NCBI GenBank assembly: GCA_013335095.1
Contig: JAAXWF010000001.1
Span: 445,984-509,983 of the forward strand
DNA from: a candidate division WWE3 bacterium
GTDB lineage: Bacteria > Patescibacteriota > 4484-211 > GCA-002791395
DNA length: 64,000 bases
Direction: 5' to 3'
Shown: positions 55,374 through 64,000 of the stretch, piece after piece
Layout: every line of letters begins with the position of its first letter
Numbering within the stretch: position 1 is the stretch's first letter
Made by a program: the position numbers and the translations under genes
The notes under the pieces: model-generated
What the model was told of the DNA's origin: nothing
Seen by the model: only the letters and a program-made list of their open reading frames with translations
Database searches by the model: none

Positions 55374-57398
55374 ATGAGAATTAATTCCTTAAAACAAATA
55401 CCACATAATAACTCGGTAATTGCCTTAGTATGGCTCATTTTATGTTCATTAATTTTTGTTATGGTTGGTTCATTATTTCGGGCAAATCTGCCTCAATTCG
55501 CACGTATTAATGAAAGTCGGACTATTTATGGAGCGACGAATGATTCAGTTGAAGGTAACTCCCGAGGTTACTGGACCACTCCGCAAGAACTTCGAGATAT
55601 TAAACGAAAAGCTGACTTAGGTATTGAGCCTTATAAAACAAATCTAAAGGAAGTTATGAAGTTTGCCGATGGTGCATGGCCAGGGCTGAATTCTATAAAA
55701 GGCGTGTATACGATCGAACAGTACAATACATTTCCGGCCCATTTTTATCGAGGTGGATATACCGTATATGCAAAAGCAATTGCATTTCATGTTACTGGTG
55801 ATACCGATTATGCTTCCTTTGCGCGTGACAAAATACTTGATCTGACAGACATTACTGATTTTGTCGGTGGGGATATACCAATTATGTTGGGATGGAATAT
55901 GCCAGGTTGGATACAAGCAGCTGATCTACTTGAAGATTGGTCTGGGTGGAGCTTAAATGATAAAAGACAATTTCAACGGTGGCTCGTTGATCGCGTTTAT
56001 ACCGAAGTCGACTTGAACGCAAATATCTCTGATAATAACTGGGGTCCTGCAACGTCATATCTAAATGCAATGATTGCGGATTATGTATCCGATACGAACT
56101 ATGAGCTTGTTGATGATTATATCTATAATAACCAGCAGACTCACATTGTTCGAACACCTGCCAATGCGTACAACCATTATTCTGAAGTGCAATTAGCTCG
56201 AAATAGGTATCGAGAAGCACCATGGGAGCCAAAATCAAATTCATGCCAAGTCAATGGAATTATGGCTAATGGGGGTATACCTTCTGAATTAAGGCGAGGC
56301 GATGGCGCAATATCAACCGAATGGTGTCAGGATGAATATATACGTGAAGGACACGATAGCGCTTTGATTTATCAACAGACGTACATTGGTGGAGGAGATA
56401 TCGGACATGCCGAGATGATGCTTCGTCGTGGAGATTCTCGTCTGTATGATCAGATAGAGCCACGAGGGAGTGGTTCTATACTTCGTGCAATCCGATTTGT
56501 AATCGCTAATCCAATTAAGTCGTACAATTGGGACTTAACAAAAAAAACAGTACTTGTCGTGGCCTACCGCTATTATCGTGACTCTGCGATGAAATCCCAG
56601 ATCGATTCTGGTGTTGATACCAATGGTAATTATATCTATTTCACGTCACTAACTCACGGATTTGCAAGCAGTGAGAACCCTGGCCGCCCGCCAGTTGTAC
56701 CTCCTCCTGGTGATGGATCAATCACCGTTACACCAACTACTATCCCATCAGTAACGACAACGCCAACTCCGACTATTTCTTATCCAAATCTTTTGCGCAA
56801 TGGGGGATTTGAGTCAGGTAAATCTGATTGGACATATAATACTGATGGTGTGGGTTCATTTAGTGTTATTACTGAAGGTATTAGTAATAACTTTGCTCGA
56901 ATTGAGGTTGAATCAGTAGGTGCAGCTACTCAGCTTTATCAGAAAGATCTTTCGCTACAGCCGAATAAATTATATCGAATAACTATGGGGGCATCTTCGT
57001 TAAATGGATCAAATATGAAGATTGATTTAATTAAGCATACATCACCGTTTTCCACATATGGACTATCTCTGTCTATTAATCCAACCAGCACTTTTCAACA
57101 ATATGAATCAGAATTTATGTTAAGTGTTGCTGATTCAGTGACAGATGCCCGCTTACGTCTTATGTTTCGTGCTGACGATGTGTATCATATCGATGATATG
57201 AGTATTACGGAGGTCGTTCCGGCAGATATTAATCGTGATCGGGTTGTAAATGTCTTTGATTTAGGTCTTCTTTCATCACATTATGGTCAAAGCACTACCG
57301 GTTCGAGTGATCAGGTTACTAAAAACTGTGACATTAATAAAGATAACATTATTAACATCTTTGATTTAGGAATTTTAATTGGACAATATCGCCTTTAA
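55374..57398 (+). CDS. secreted alpha/alpha-toroid polysaccharide-lyase-like protein with CBM4/9-like module and C-terminal dockerin-like module
   Basis: N-terminal TM. CBM-like start NLLRNGGFESGKSDW. C-terminus DINRDRVVNVFDLGLLSSHYGQ...CDINKDNIINIFDLGILIGQYRL. Starts immediately after the upstream stop codon. Confidence 0.45.
   Translation: MRINSLKQIPHNNSVIALVWLILCSLIFVMVGSLFRANLPQFARINESRTIYGATNDSVEGNSRGYWTTPQELRDIKRKADLGIEPYKTNLKEVMKFADGAWPGLNSIKGVYTIEQYNTFPAHFYRGGYTVYAKAIAFHVTGDTDYASFARDKILDLTDITDFVGGDIPIMLGWNMPGWIQAADLLEDWSGWSLNDKRQFQRWLVDRVYTEVDLNANISDNNWGPATSYLNAMIADYVSDTNYELVDDYIYNNQQTHIVRTPANAYNHYSEVQLARNRYREAPWEPKSNSCQVNGIMANGGIPSELRRGDGAISTEWCQDEYIREGHDSALIYQQTYIGGGDIGHAEMMLRRGDSRLYDQIEPRGSGSILRAIRFVIANPIKSYNWDLTKKTVLVVAYRYYRDSAMKSQIDSGVDTNGNYIYFTSLTHGFASSENPGRPPVVPPPGDGSITVTPTTIPSVTTTPTPTISYPNLLRNGGFESGKSDWTYNTDGVGSFSVITEGISNNFARIEVESVGAATQLYQKDLSLQPNKLYRITMGASSLNGSNMKIDLIKHTSPFSTYGLSLSINPTSTFQQYESEFMLSVADSVTDARLRLMFRADDVYHIDDMSITEVVPADINRDRVVNVFDLGLLSSHYGQSTTGSSDQVTKNCDINKDNIINIFDLGILIGQYRL
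57222..57398 (+). repeat. ~177-nt near-identical direct repeat (dockerin-module coding), copy 2
   Basis: See 55197-55373. Confidence 0.8.
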
Positions 57399-57445
57399 TT
57401 CTTTTGAAAAACTAAATTACTAATTCGGAATCTGTTTAAGAATAC

Positions 57446-57961
57446 TTAATTTGTGGTACCTGGCTTATTTGAGAAGATTGAAATAACGTATGTCAAAATA
57501 AATCCTAAAATGTACCATGCAACGACAGCTAATATCGAAGCTGTGTCGAATACCGATACACCCGTTTCTACTTCGGGGAAGATTCCTTGAAACGGTCCGA
57601 CAAACGGTGCGCTCATCGTATATATAAATTGAGCAAATCCGCTTGGATTCGCACCTAAGAAATAGAAAATGAAACGCAAACCAATAAGTAATCCAATTAA
57701 GTTAATAATTAGCCACATACCAGCTTTAATTCTAGATAAATTTAACTCCTTATTTGAAGATGATGACATTGGGCGCATTGGGGGTATAGCTACTTGAGGT
57801 TGCGTTGGGGCATACACCGGTGTTTGTTGTTGAATAGGAACCTGCTGCTGCATTGGTACTTGCTGTGGTTGTACTGGCGGTACGTAGGTAGTCTGTTGCG
57901 GTTGTTGTGCAGGAGCTTGTTGTGGTGGCTGTTGATTTCCACCAGAATTTACTGGATCCAT
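57446..57961 (-). CDS. YggT-family membrane protein with Gln/Pro-rich N-terminal low-complexity extension
   Basis: The C-terminal 90 aa (ANPSGFAQFIYTMSAPFVGPFQGIFPEVETGVSVFDTASILAVVAW) fits the YggT pattern. The N-terminal 70 aa are PQQ repeats. Confidence 0.5.
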   Translation of the reverse strand: MDPVNSGGNQQPPQQAPAQQPQQTTYVPPVQPQQVPMQQQVPIQQQTPVYAPTQPQVAIPPMRPMSSSSNKELNLSRIKAGMWLIINLIGLLIGLRFIFYFLGANPSGFAQFIYTMSAPFVGPFQGIFPEVETGVSVFDTASILAVVAWYILGFILTYVISIFSNKPGTTN

Positions 57962-58051
57962 ATATCTTTTAAAACTATATCGTTTTTGTATCTTTGATGC
58001 AAGTGGCTAATATATAGTTTTTGATGGGTGTTTACGGTACTATAAAATCTG

Positions 58052-60685
58052 ATGAGTTCGCTGTATACACCGCCGGAAAAGTCAATAATACGCAAATCAT
58101 ACGTTGATGCTCTAGACGATTTTCCTCGTCCGTTAAAAATAGCCCTTGCACTTGTCTCGATACCGTTATTATTTTATTTTTTGATTGAACTGACGTTTCC
58201 GACGAGTGAACAAAACATTTTTTCTAAAATCGATCCTAAGAGTACTTCATTTGCTGCCTCTCGAACGATTTATGTAAACGGCAAGACTGGAAATGATTCT
58301 TGGTCGGGGACTGCTGCCAGCCCGAATGGTTCAAATTCTGATGGCCCGGTTCGAACGGTTCAACAAGGTGTCAATCTAGCATCAGCTGGAACAACGATAT
58401 CTATCGCTGAAGGTTATTATGATGAAGAGGTTCAGATTAAAGATAAGTCGGGAACATCTGCTGAACCGATAATTATTCAAGGCAACGGTAATCGCGCATC
58501 AGTTATTAATGGAGGTAAAAAATCAACTGGCTGGGATCCTGCACCAGAAATCGGCACCGGTGTATATAAGAAGGCTCTGGGTTTTGAACCGCAGAATTTA
58601 ACCTGGAACGATATCTATATTGTTCGGATTAATTCTAGCCGTATGGCTGGGACAGATTGGCCTGGTTTAATAAAAAATGGTCCGGGAGGAAGTTGGGTGT
58701 ATGCCAAAGGATTATTTGGCTATAAAGATGGGATCACATACCTTAAACTAGACAACGGTGCAGATCCCGATACTGCCGACATTCGAGTCGCAAAATTATG
58801 GGAAGGAACTATATCGTTTAGTAATTCGCATTATATTCAACTAAAAAATATTACGGTAAAAAATGCTTATAATGCCGTTATTTACTGGTCCGCGTCTTCG
58901 CATAATTCGATTGAAAACTCTCTTTTAATTGGAGGCAGCCGTACTGTTGCATTTAGAGATAATTCAGGCGATACAAAAATCACCGGAAATACAATTACGT
59001 TAGGATATTCGCATGACTTAAGTCCGTACCGTGATCATAGTTGGGATATCTGGGGGTTAATGCGCAGTATTGGAGACGGTGTGAGATATGGAATCGGTAG
59101 TTACGAAGGCGGGGACAATATCGAGATCGCGAATAATGATATAAATCAACATTTTGTAGCGATTGGGTATGATGCCGGAAGAAGTCGAACTGATCAACCC
59201 GAAGGCGCGGCAAATTGGATTATTCATGACAACCTTCTTCATAATAATAACCATGTGGCGATTTCTGTGGGAGGAAGTTCGAAAAATTATTACATATACA
59301 GAAACAAAGTTTGGGAGTGTTTTACGCCGTTACGGTTCCAGGATCCCCGGGTTGGTCCAGTTTATATTTATCAGAATACTTTTTCATTTGGATCCGATGA
59401 GTATGTTGACCCCGCAGGTTCGGCTGACGCCTACATGGTGTATAACTGGGCACAGACTAAGGCTAACATTTTTGTGTATCAAAATAGTTTTTCGGCGCCC
59501 CATGGGAGAATGTTTTCGTATTCTCGGGATCCAAATTCAGAAGATCCGACACTTGTCGACAATCCAAACATGTATTTTATTAATAACATCTTTTCGACTC
59601 AAGTTATGTCGGGAAAGCCGTTGGGATCTCACTTTGAATATAACTTTATTGCGAATAGTAAGGATGTTTCGGGTACTAACATTGATGGAAGTAACACCCC
59701 TTTATGGAATGACGCTGACTCAACATTACAGATAGCTTCTACAAGTATTGTCCGTAATAAAGGAATTGATTTGTCAAAAAGTTTTGTGCTAAATGGAAAA
59801 ACTTTTGCCGTATTGCCAGGTATGTCATCTTTTTATCGAAATGATGGTCAACGTCCAGATTTAGGAGCATTTCAATTTTCTTCATCAAATACGCCGATAC
59901 CAACGCTAACTATCCAGCCGACCAGTTCACCAAAACCAACCGTAACACCCACGCCAACAATGGTAATAACCCCAACTTCAGTACCAAGTCCAACTCCATC
60001 GATCTCACCTAAACTAACCCTGGAGCGATGGAATACTATCCAAACCCCAGTTAATGCTCGAATTATCGACTTGCTTAATGATGGACGATATCCGAATGAA
60101 CCTGACCAGTCTAGCCTTACCTGGTCGATAGATACGGCGAAAAATACCGGAGATTATTTTGGTATTCGTATTCGGGGAACCATCGTTCCGCAAATAACAG
60201 GAAGCTATACGTTTTATGTATCCGGAGATGATACCGCTGAATTATGGCTTGGTACAAATGATCAAAGCTCTTCTGCTCAAAAAATCGCCTATACCGAACG
60301 CTGGACTAATCCGTACGAATGGAATAAATATTCGACACAAAAATCTGAAGCAATACAACTCGTTGCTAATCAGAAATATTACCTTGGAATTTTAATGGCT
60401 GAGAGTATTTCCGCCGATCATGTTGCAGTTGGGTGGACATTACCAGGACACAGTACTATCGAAGTAATTCCACCGCAGTATTTTGAAACGATGGCGAATG
60501 AGATTTCGGGAGATATTAATCGGGATGGAATCGTAGATGTTTTTGATCTAGGCATATTAGCAGCACATTATGGGCAGTCGGTTTTAACCAGCAGTGATGC
60601 CATTACAAAAGCGTGTGACATTAATTCCGACACACAGATTAGTATCTATGATTTGGGTATTCTGGTCGGACAATATCACTTATAG
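58052..60685 (+). CDS. secreted right-handed beta-helix (pectate-lyase-fold) protein with PA14 domain and C-terminal dockerin-like module
   Basis: Leader IDPKSTSFAAS. Beta-helix cap region (YVNGKTGNDSWSGTAASP...VRTVQQGVNLASAGTTISIAEGYY). PA14 signature (GSYTFYVSGDDTAELWLG). C-terminus DINRDGIVDVFDLGILAAHYGQ...CDINSDTQISIYDLGILVGQYHL. Confidence 0.6.
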   Translation: MSSLYTPPEKSIIRKSYVDALDDFPRPLKIALALVSIPLLFYFLIELTFPTSEQNIFSKIDPKSTSFAASRTIYVNGKTGNDSWSGTAASPNGSNSDGPVRTVQQGVNLASAGTTISIAEGYYDEEVQIKDKSGTSAEPIIIQGNGNRASVINGGKKSTGWDPAPEIGTGVYKKALGFEPQNLTWNDIYIVRINSSRMAGTDWPGLIKNGPGGSWVYAKGLFGYKDGITYLKLDNGADPDTADIRVAKLWEGTISFSNSHYIQLKNITVKNAYNAVIYWSASSHNSIENSLLIGGSRTVAFRDNSGDTKITGNTITLGYSHDLSPYRDHSWDIWGLMRSIGDGVRYGIGSYEGGDNIEIANNDINQHFVAIGYDAGRSRTDQPEGAANWIIHDNLLHNNNHVAISVGGSSKNYYIYRNKVWECFTPLRFQDPRVGPVYIYQNTFSFGSDEYVDPAGSADAYMVYNWAQTKANIFVYQNSFSAPHGRMFSYSRDPNSEDPTLVDNPNMYFINNIFSTQVMSGKPLGSHFEYNFIANSKDVSGTNIDGSNTPLWNDADSTLQIASTSIVRNKGIDLSKSFVLNGKTFAVLPGMSSFYRNDGQRPDLGAFQFSSSNTPIPTLTIQPTSSPKPTVTPTPTMVITPTSVPSPTPSISPKLTLERWNTIQTPVNARIIDLLNDGRYPNEPDQSSLTWSIDTAKNTGDYFGIRIRGTIVPQITGSYTFYVSGDDTAELWLGTNDQSSSAQKIAYTERWTNPYEWNKYSTQKSEAIQLVANQKYYLGILMAESISADHVAVGWTLPGHSTIEVIPPQYFETMANEISGDINRDGIVDVFDLGILAAHYGQSVLTSSDAITKACDINSDTQISIYDLGILVGQYHL

Positions 60686-60740
60686 AACTCTATTTAAAAG
60701 TATAGTTAAATAGAAACTGCAAACTCTTTTTTATTTAAAA

Positions 60741-63404
60741 ATGAACAGTATCGATTGGAAAGATCAATTATTAACAAATAATAATCCTGTTACAAAGCTT
60801 CTTTTAATAACGAGTAGTGCTATCGTCTTAGCGTTTTTTTTAGTAGCGGTGGCGTTTCCAAGTCAGCGCGATCTTTTTACTTTTTTGTTTCCTAAAGAAG
60901 AAAGCCATGCTGCCACAAATGGTTCGGCTACTATAACCCAGCAGGCGGACGGCGAAGATTGGTCAATGCCTGCGGGGACTGGTATGGCAAACAATAGTGG
61001 TCAGTATTGGATGTCTGTACAACGTGCAACGAATCAACCAAGAGGAAATAACGGCCTTAATTATGGCGTGATGATTTTGTTTTCGTGGGCTGCAGTTAAT
61101 CCATCCGAAGGTGTGTACGATTGGAGTAAGATTGATCAAATTGTGTCTCAAGTTGAGGCGGCACCATCGGACGTCGGTTTTGTATTGTGGCCATTTTATG
61201 GTAATCGTAATTCGAGTTTAGCCGGTATAAAGGCCGCTTCAGGTGGGGAAATTCCTCAGTGGGTGTTAAATAAGTACAATATTCCGTTTTTACGCAAAGG
61301 ATGGAGTGATACGACCAAAACATATACCGAAGTATTAAACGGTGTCGCAGCGTGGCATCCCGATAGTCAGTTTGAGCAAGCGGTTCGGCCGTTTATAAAA
61401 GCTCTTGGAGATAAATATAAAAACAATCCACGATTAATAACTGTAGAAGTCCGTTCACCTATGGATGATTGCTGTGGTGAATGGGGTGGACGTGGAGTAA
61501 GTGGCTCAGGAGTTGAGATGTACGATGAGATCTGGGGATTAAACGGTTATAGCGGTCAAAAAGATGCCTTTATTGAAAAATTTAGAACATGGGGTAAAAG
61601 CTTTTTTGATGATTGGTCGTATGGATTTAGCGGAAAAGAAAATAAGCTCGCGACGGTTATTAGCAGCGAATGGTGGGGAGCACCCTTGGCTCGAGAACTT
61701 GCTCAGTACGCCTACGCAAAAGGATGGGGAGAGCGCGATGGCGGACGGTCGGGTACAAATCTTTCTCCCAATATTTTAGGAACTATTGTCGATGCGAATG
61801 GATACATGAACTATAACGAGGATTTCCCGCCGGTAAAGAATCGGTCGTACTTTGCCGCCGAAGAAGAGGAATTCACTAATGATGATACATTTGGTCCAGC
61901 CGATACCAACTATTACCGTTTCCAATATAGTATTTTGCAGCAGTTAGCCCGTCGTAGAAATTGGTTATCCACCAGTGATTACGTGTGGGATTCGTCGGAG
62001 TACCATCCGTTATGGGATTGGGCTAGACTTAGTGTCGGGAAAACGGTCTATGATTCGGCGGATGCTTGGGCATGGGTGGAAACGAGCGTATTACCTGATT
62101 GGGAGATCGCTAATAAGAGTATCCCGACTAATTATCTGAAGAATACCGAACGATGGTTATATCAGCGCGATGTTACCCCGGATGGTGTTACCGCACCCGA
62201 TGATGACATGAGTGGTGCATTCAATGCCGGTGCGTTTAAATACACTGCGATTGATCAGTACCGTTCGCGAAAAACCCAGGTCGCTTCGGGTAACAAGTAT
62301 ATGTACTTTAACCTAGACGATCGGTTCTTACCAAGCGGTTCTCAAACCATTGATCTAAAGGTTACCTACCGTGATGTGTCGGCTACCGATTGGGCGATTG
62401 AATATACAAATCAAAGCGGAATTGTGACAACCCCAACAGTCCATACTGGCGGGACTATGAAATATAAAACCGTTACATTTAGGATTACTGATTTTGTAGC
62501 AAACCGAAACTTATTTAGTCAGTCGATGGATTTTCGAGTCGTTGCTTTGGGAACAAAGGATATCTCAATCGAAATGGTGCGGGTCGTAAAAACTCAATTA
62601 GCCTCGGCAACGGTTACGCCAACCGTGCGTCCCACAAACACCCCAGTACCGACAATAACTTCGACACCAACCTTAAATCCGACTCAGACACCAAACCCGA
62701 CTCCAACCAGTTTGCCGACAACGGGTGGTGTATTGTATGAACGATGGGATGATATTACTACATATCCGTATTCAGATATCTTTAATTTGACCGACGATAA
62801 GAGATTTCCCAATAAACCATCCTACACGGCTAAATTAGGACGAATCGAGACCCCGCAAGACATCGGAACTAATTTGGGTGTACGGATGCGAACGCTTCTG
62901 AGTGCTCCACAAACTGGAAACTACACGTTTGCCGTTACCGCTGATGATGCTGCAGAAGTGTGGCTAAGTACCGATGGTACGTCGGCTACTCGTCAAAAAA
63001 TCGCCGAAGTTCCGGAGTGGACCTATCCAGACGAATGGACCAAATATACCTCACAAACTTCAAATCCGATTCAGTTAATTGCAGGTAAAAAGTATTTTGT
63101 CGAAATATTACAAACCGAAAGTGTTGGGGCGGATAGTGTAACGCTCGCATGGATTCAGCCAGGAAGTACAACCCGCGAAATTATTCCAGATCAGTATTTT
63201 AGCGCACCAACGGTTGCATCACCTTCGGCGGACTTAAATATCGATGGGCGAGTGGATGTGTTTGATTTAGGGATTTTGGCGGCTCACTATGGTCAAACAA
63301 TCGTAAGTTCCAGTGATACGCCCACCTATCGATCGGATGTGAACGGAGATAATACAATCAATGTGTTTGACCTGGGTTTGCTAATAGGACAATATAGTCA
63401 TTAG
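60741..63404 (+). CDS. secreted glycoside-hydrolase-like TIM-barrel protein with PA14 domain and C-terminal dockerin-like module
   Basis: Leader LFPKEESHAATN. GH-like N-region (WAAVNPSEGVYDWSKIDQIV). PA14 (GNYTFAVTADDAAEVWLSTDG). C-terminus DLNIDGRVDVFDLGILAAHYGQ...DVNGDNTINVFDLGLLIGQY. Confidence 0.6.
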   Translation: MNSIDWKDQLLTNNNPVTKLLLITSSAIVLAFFLVAVAFPSQRDLFTFLFPKEESHAATNGSATITQQADGEDWSMPAGTGMANNSGQYWMSVQRATNQPRGNNGLNYGVMILFSWAAVNPSEGVYDWSKIDQIVSQVEAAPSDVGFVLWPFYGNRNSSLAGIKAASGGEIPQWVLNKYNIPFLRKGWSDTTKTYTEVLNGVAAWHPDSQFEQAVRPFIKALGDKYKNNPRLITVEVRSPMDDCCGEWGGRGVSGSGVEMYDEIWGLNGYSGQKDAFIEKFRTWGKSFFDDWSYGFSGKENKLATVISSEWWGAPLARELAQYAYAKGWGERDGGRSGTNLSPNILGTIVDANGYMNYNEDFPPVKNRSYFAAEEEEFTNDDTFGPADTNYYRFQYSILQQLARRRNWLSTSDYVWDSSEYHPLWDWARLSVGKTVYDSADAWAWVETSVLPDWEIANKSIPTNYLKNTERWLYQRDVTPDGVTAPDDDMSGAFNAGAFKYTAIDQYRSRKTQVASGNKYMYFNLDDRFLPSGSQTIDLKVTYRDVSATDWAIEYTNQSGIVTTPTVHTGGTMKYKTVTFRITDFVANRNLFSQSMDFRVVALGTKDISIEMVRVVKTQLASATVTPTVRPTNTPVPTITSTPTLNPTQTPNPTPTSLPTTGGVLYERWDDITTYPYSDIFNLTDDKRFPNKPSYTAKLGRIETPQDIGTNLGVRMRTLLSAPQTGNYTFAVTADDAAEVWLSTDGTSATRQKIAEVPEWTYPDEWTKYTSQTSNPIQLIAGKKYFVEILQTESVGADSVTLAWIQPGSTTREIIPDQYFSAPTVASPSADLNIDGRVDVFDLGILAAHYGQTIVSSSDTPTYRSDVNGDNTINVFDLGLLIGQYSH

Positions 63405-63425
63405 TAATTTTTGACTTTTTAAGCA

Positions 63426-64000
63426 TGAGCCATATAGACAAGAAAAAAACATCCAACCAACTTTTTTTATTGATCTCTTCGATCGGAGTTATGGCTTTTT
63501 TGTTAACCGCAACACAGTATCCAAACTGGTACGATAGCTTTTTTCCTAAGCCTAAAAGTGAAGCTGCTGCAATCAACGGACCGTTACGTAAAAATACCGC
63601 AAATCCACGATATTTTACGAATAACTCCGGCAAATCGATTTATCTGACCGGCACACATACCTGGACGATTCTACAGGAATCGCGTACGGTAAATGCTGCA
63701 TTTTCAAATGTTTCAAATGACGTATATTTTAAAGCACTTACCGATAATAAACATAACTTTATTCGCCTCTGGAATGCAGACAATTTTATTGTGGATTGGG
63801 GTACATCGTCTGCGCCATTTGAAGAATGTATGGTTCCACATCCTTTTGCCTTAACTTCACCAATCACTGCGACTGATAATTCGGATTATTGTAATAAACT
63901 CTACGCAAACTTTTCACAATCAAACCCACCAATCAAATTCGATTTATCGAAGCTGGATTCAACATTCGTGAGTAAGCTGCGAAGTGTAATCGAAACCGCC
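63426..64000 (+). CDS. secreted protein, 5' partial at window end, with the same family leader
   Basis: N-terminal TM QLFLLISSIGVMAFLLTATQY then PNWYDSFFPKPKSEAAAING. Continues past the window end. Confidence 0.5.

Noticed and set aside
1..64000. tRNA, rRNA and CRISPR arrays
   Set aside because: I scanned intergenic regions for T-loop-like GTTCRANYC contexts with acceptor stems and for short regularly spaced direct repeats, and found none. The only repeats are the RNA modules, the island-7 promoter blocks and the dockerin-coding repeat.
42403..64000. Calling the dockerin proteins a bona fide cellulosome
   Set aside because: No cohesin or scaffoldin gene is visible in the window, and the dockerin assignment is by motif only. 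It is reported as dockerin-like pending an HMM search.

Overview
This window is a gene-dense bacterial chromosomal region with low-GC, AT3-biased housekeeping genes. Short genes, tight operons and ATGA-type overlaps suggest a small-genome, possibly Patescibacteria/CPR-like organism; taxonomy cannot be confirmed from sequence alone. Recognisable core genes: mreB-mreC-mreD-mrdA, dprA, rseP, frr, tsf, rpsB, topA, rpsU, ybeY, a dgkA-family gene, pth, dnaX-ybaB-recR, cysS, rpsF-ssb-rpsR, ctpA-like and htrA-like proteases, rpmE, prfA, prmC, and a MutY-like glycosylase. Three features stand out. (1) The first ~2.4 kb is almost all structured RNA: two tandem promoter-to-terminator units with paralogous hairpin modules that show compensatory base changes and UUCG/GNRA tetraloops. 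(2) Twelve or more short high-GC (~55-65%) single-gene or few-gene islands are inserted between the low-GC housekeeping genes, each with its own promoter, GGAGG ribosome-binding site and Rho-independent terminator. They interrupt otherwise conserved operons (for example dnaX|ybaB-recR) and include a tandem paralog pair of small Cys-motif membrane proteins with a conserved promoter and leader hairpin. (3) From ~48.8 kb onward there is a cluster of secreted carbohydrate-active-like enzymes (PL7 lyase, GH-like TIM barrels, beta-helix, PA14, CBM). They share a dockerin-like tandem C-terminal module and an unusual conserved N-terminal leader, TM-Pro...FPKxxSxA|A. Also present: a truncated nrdA remnant followed by ~600 bp of decayed non-coding DNA, a molybdenum-cofactor-type sulfite-oxidase-like plus FNR-like reductase pair, and a large vWA secreted protein with a putative pilin-like partner. 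No tRNA, rRNA or CRISPR array was recognised.
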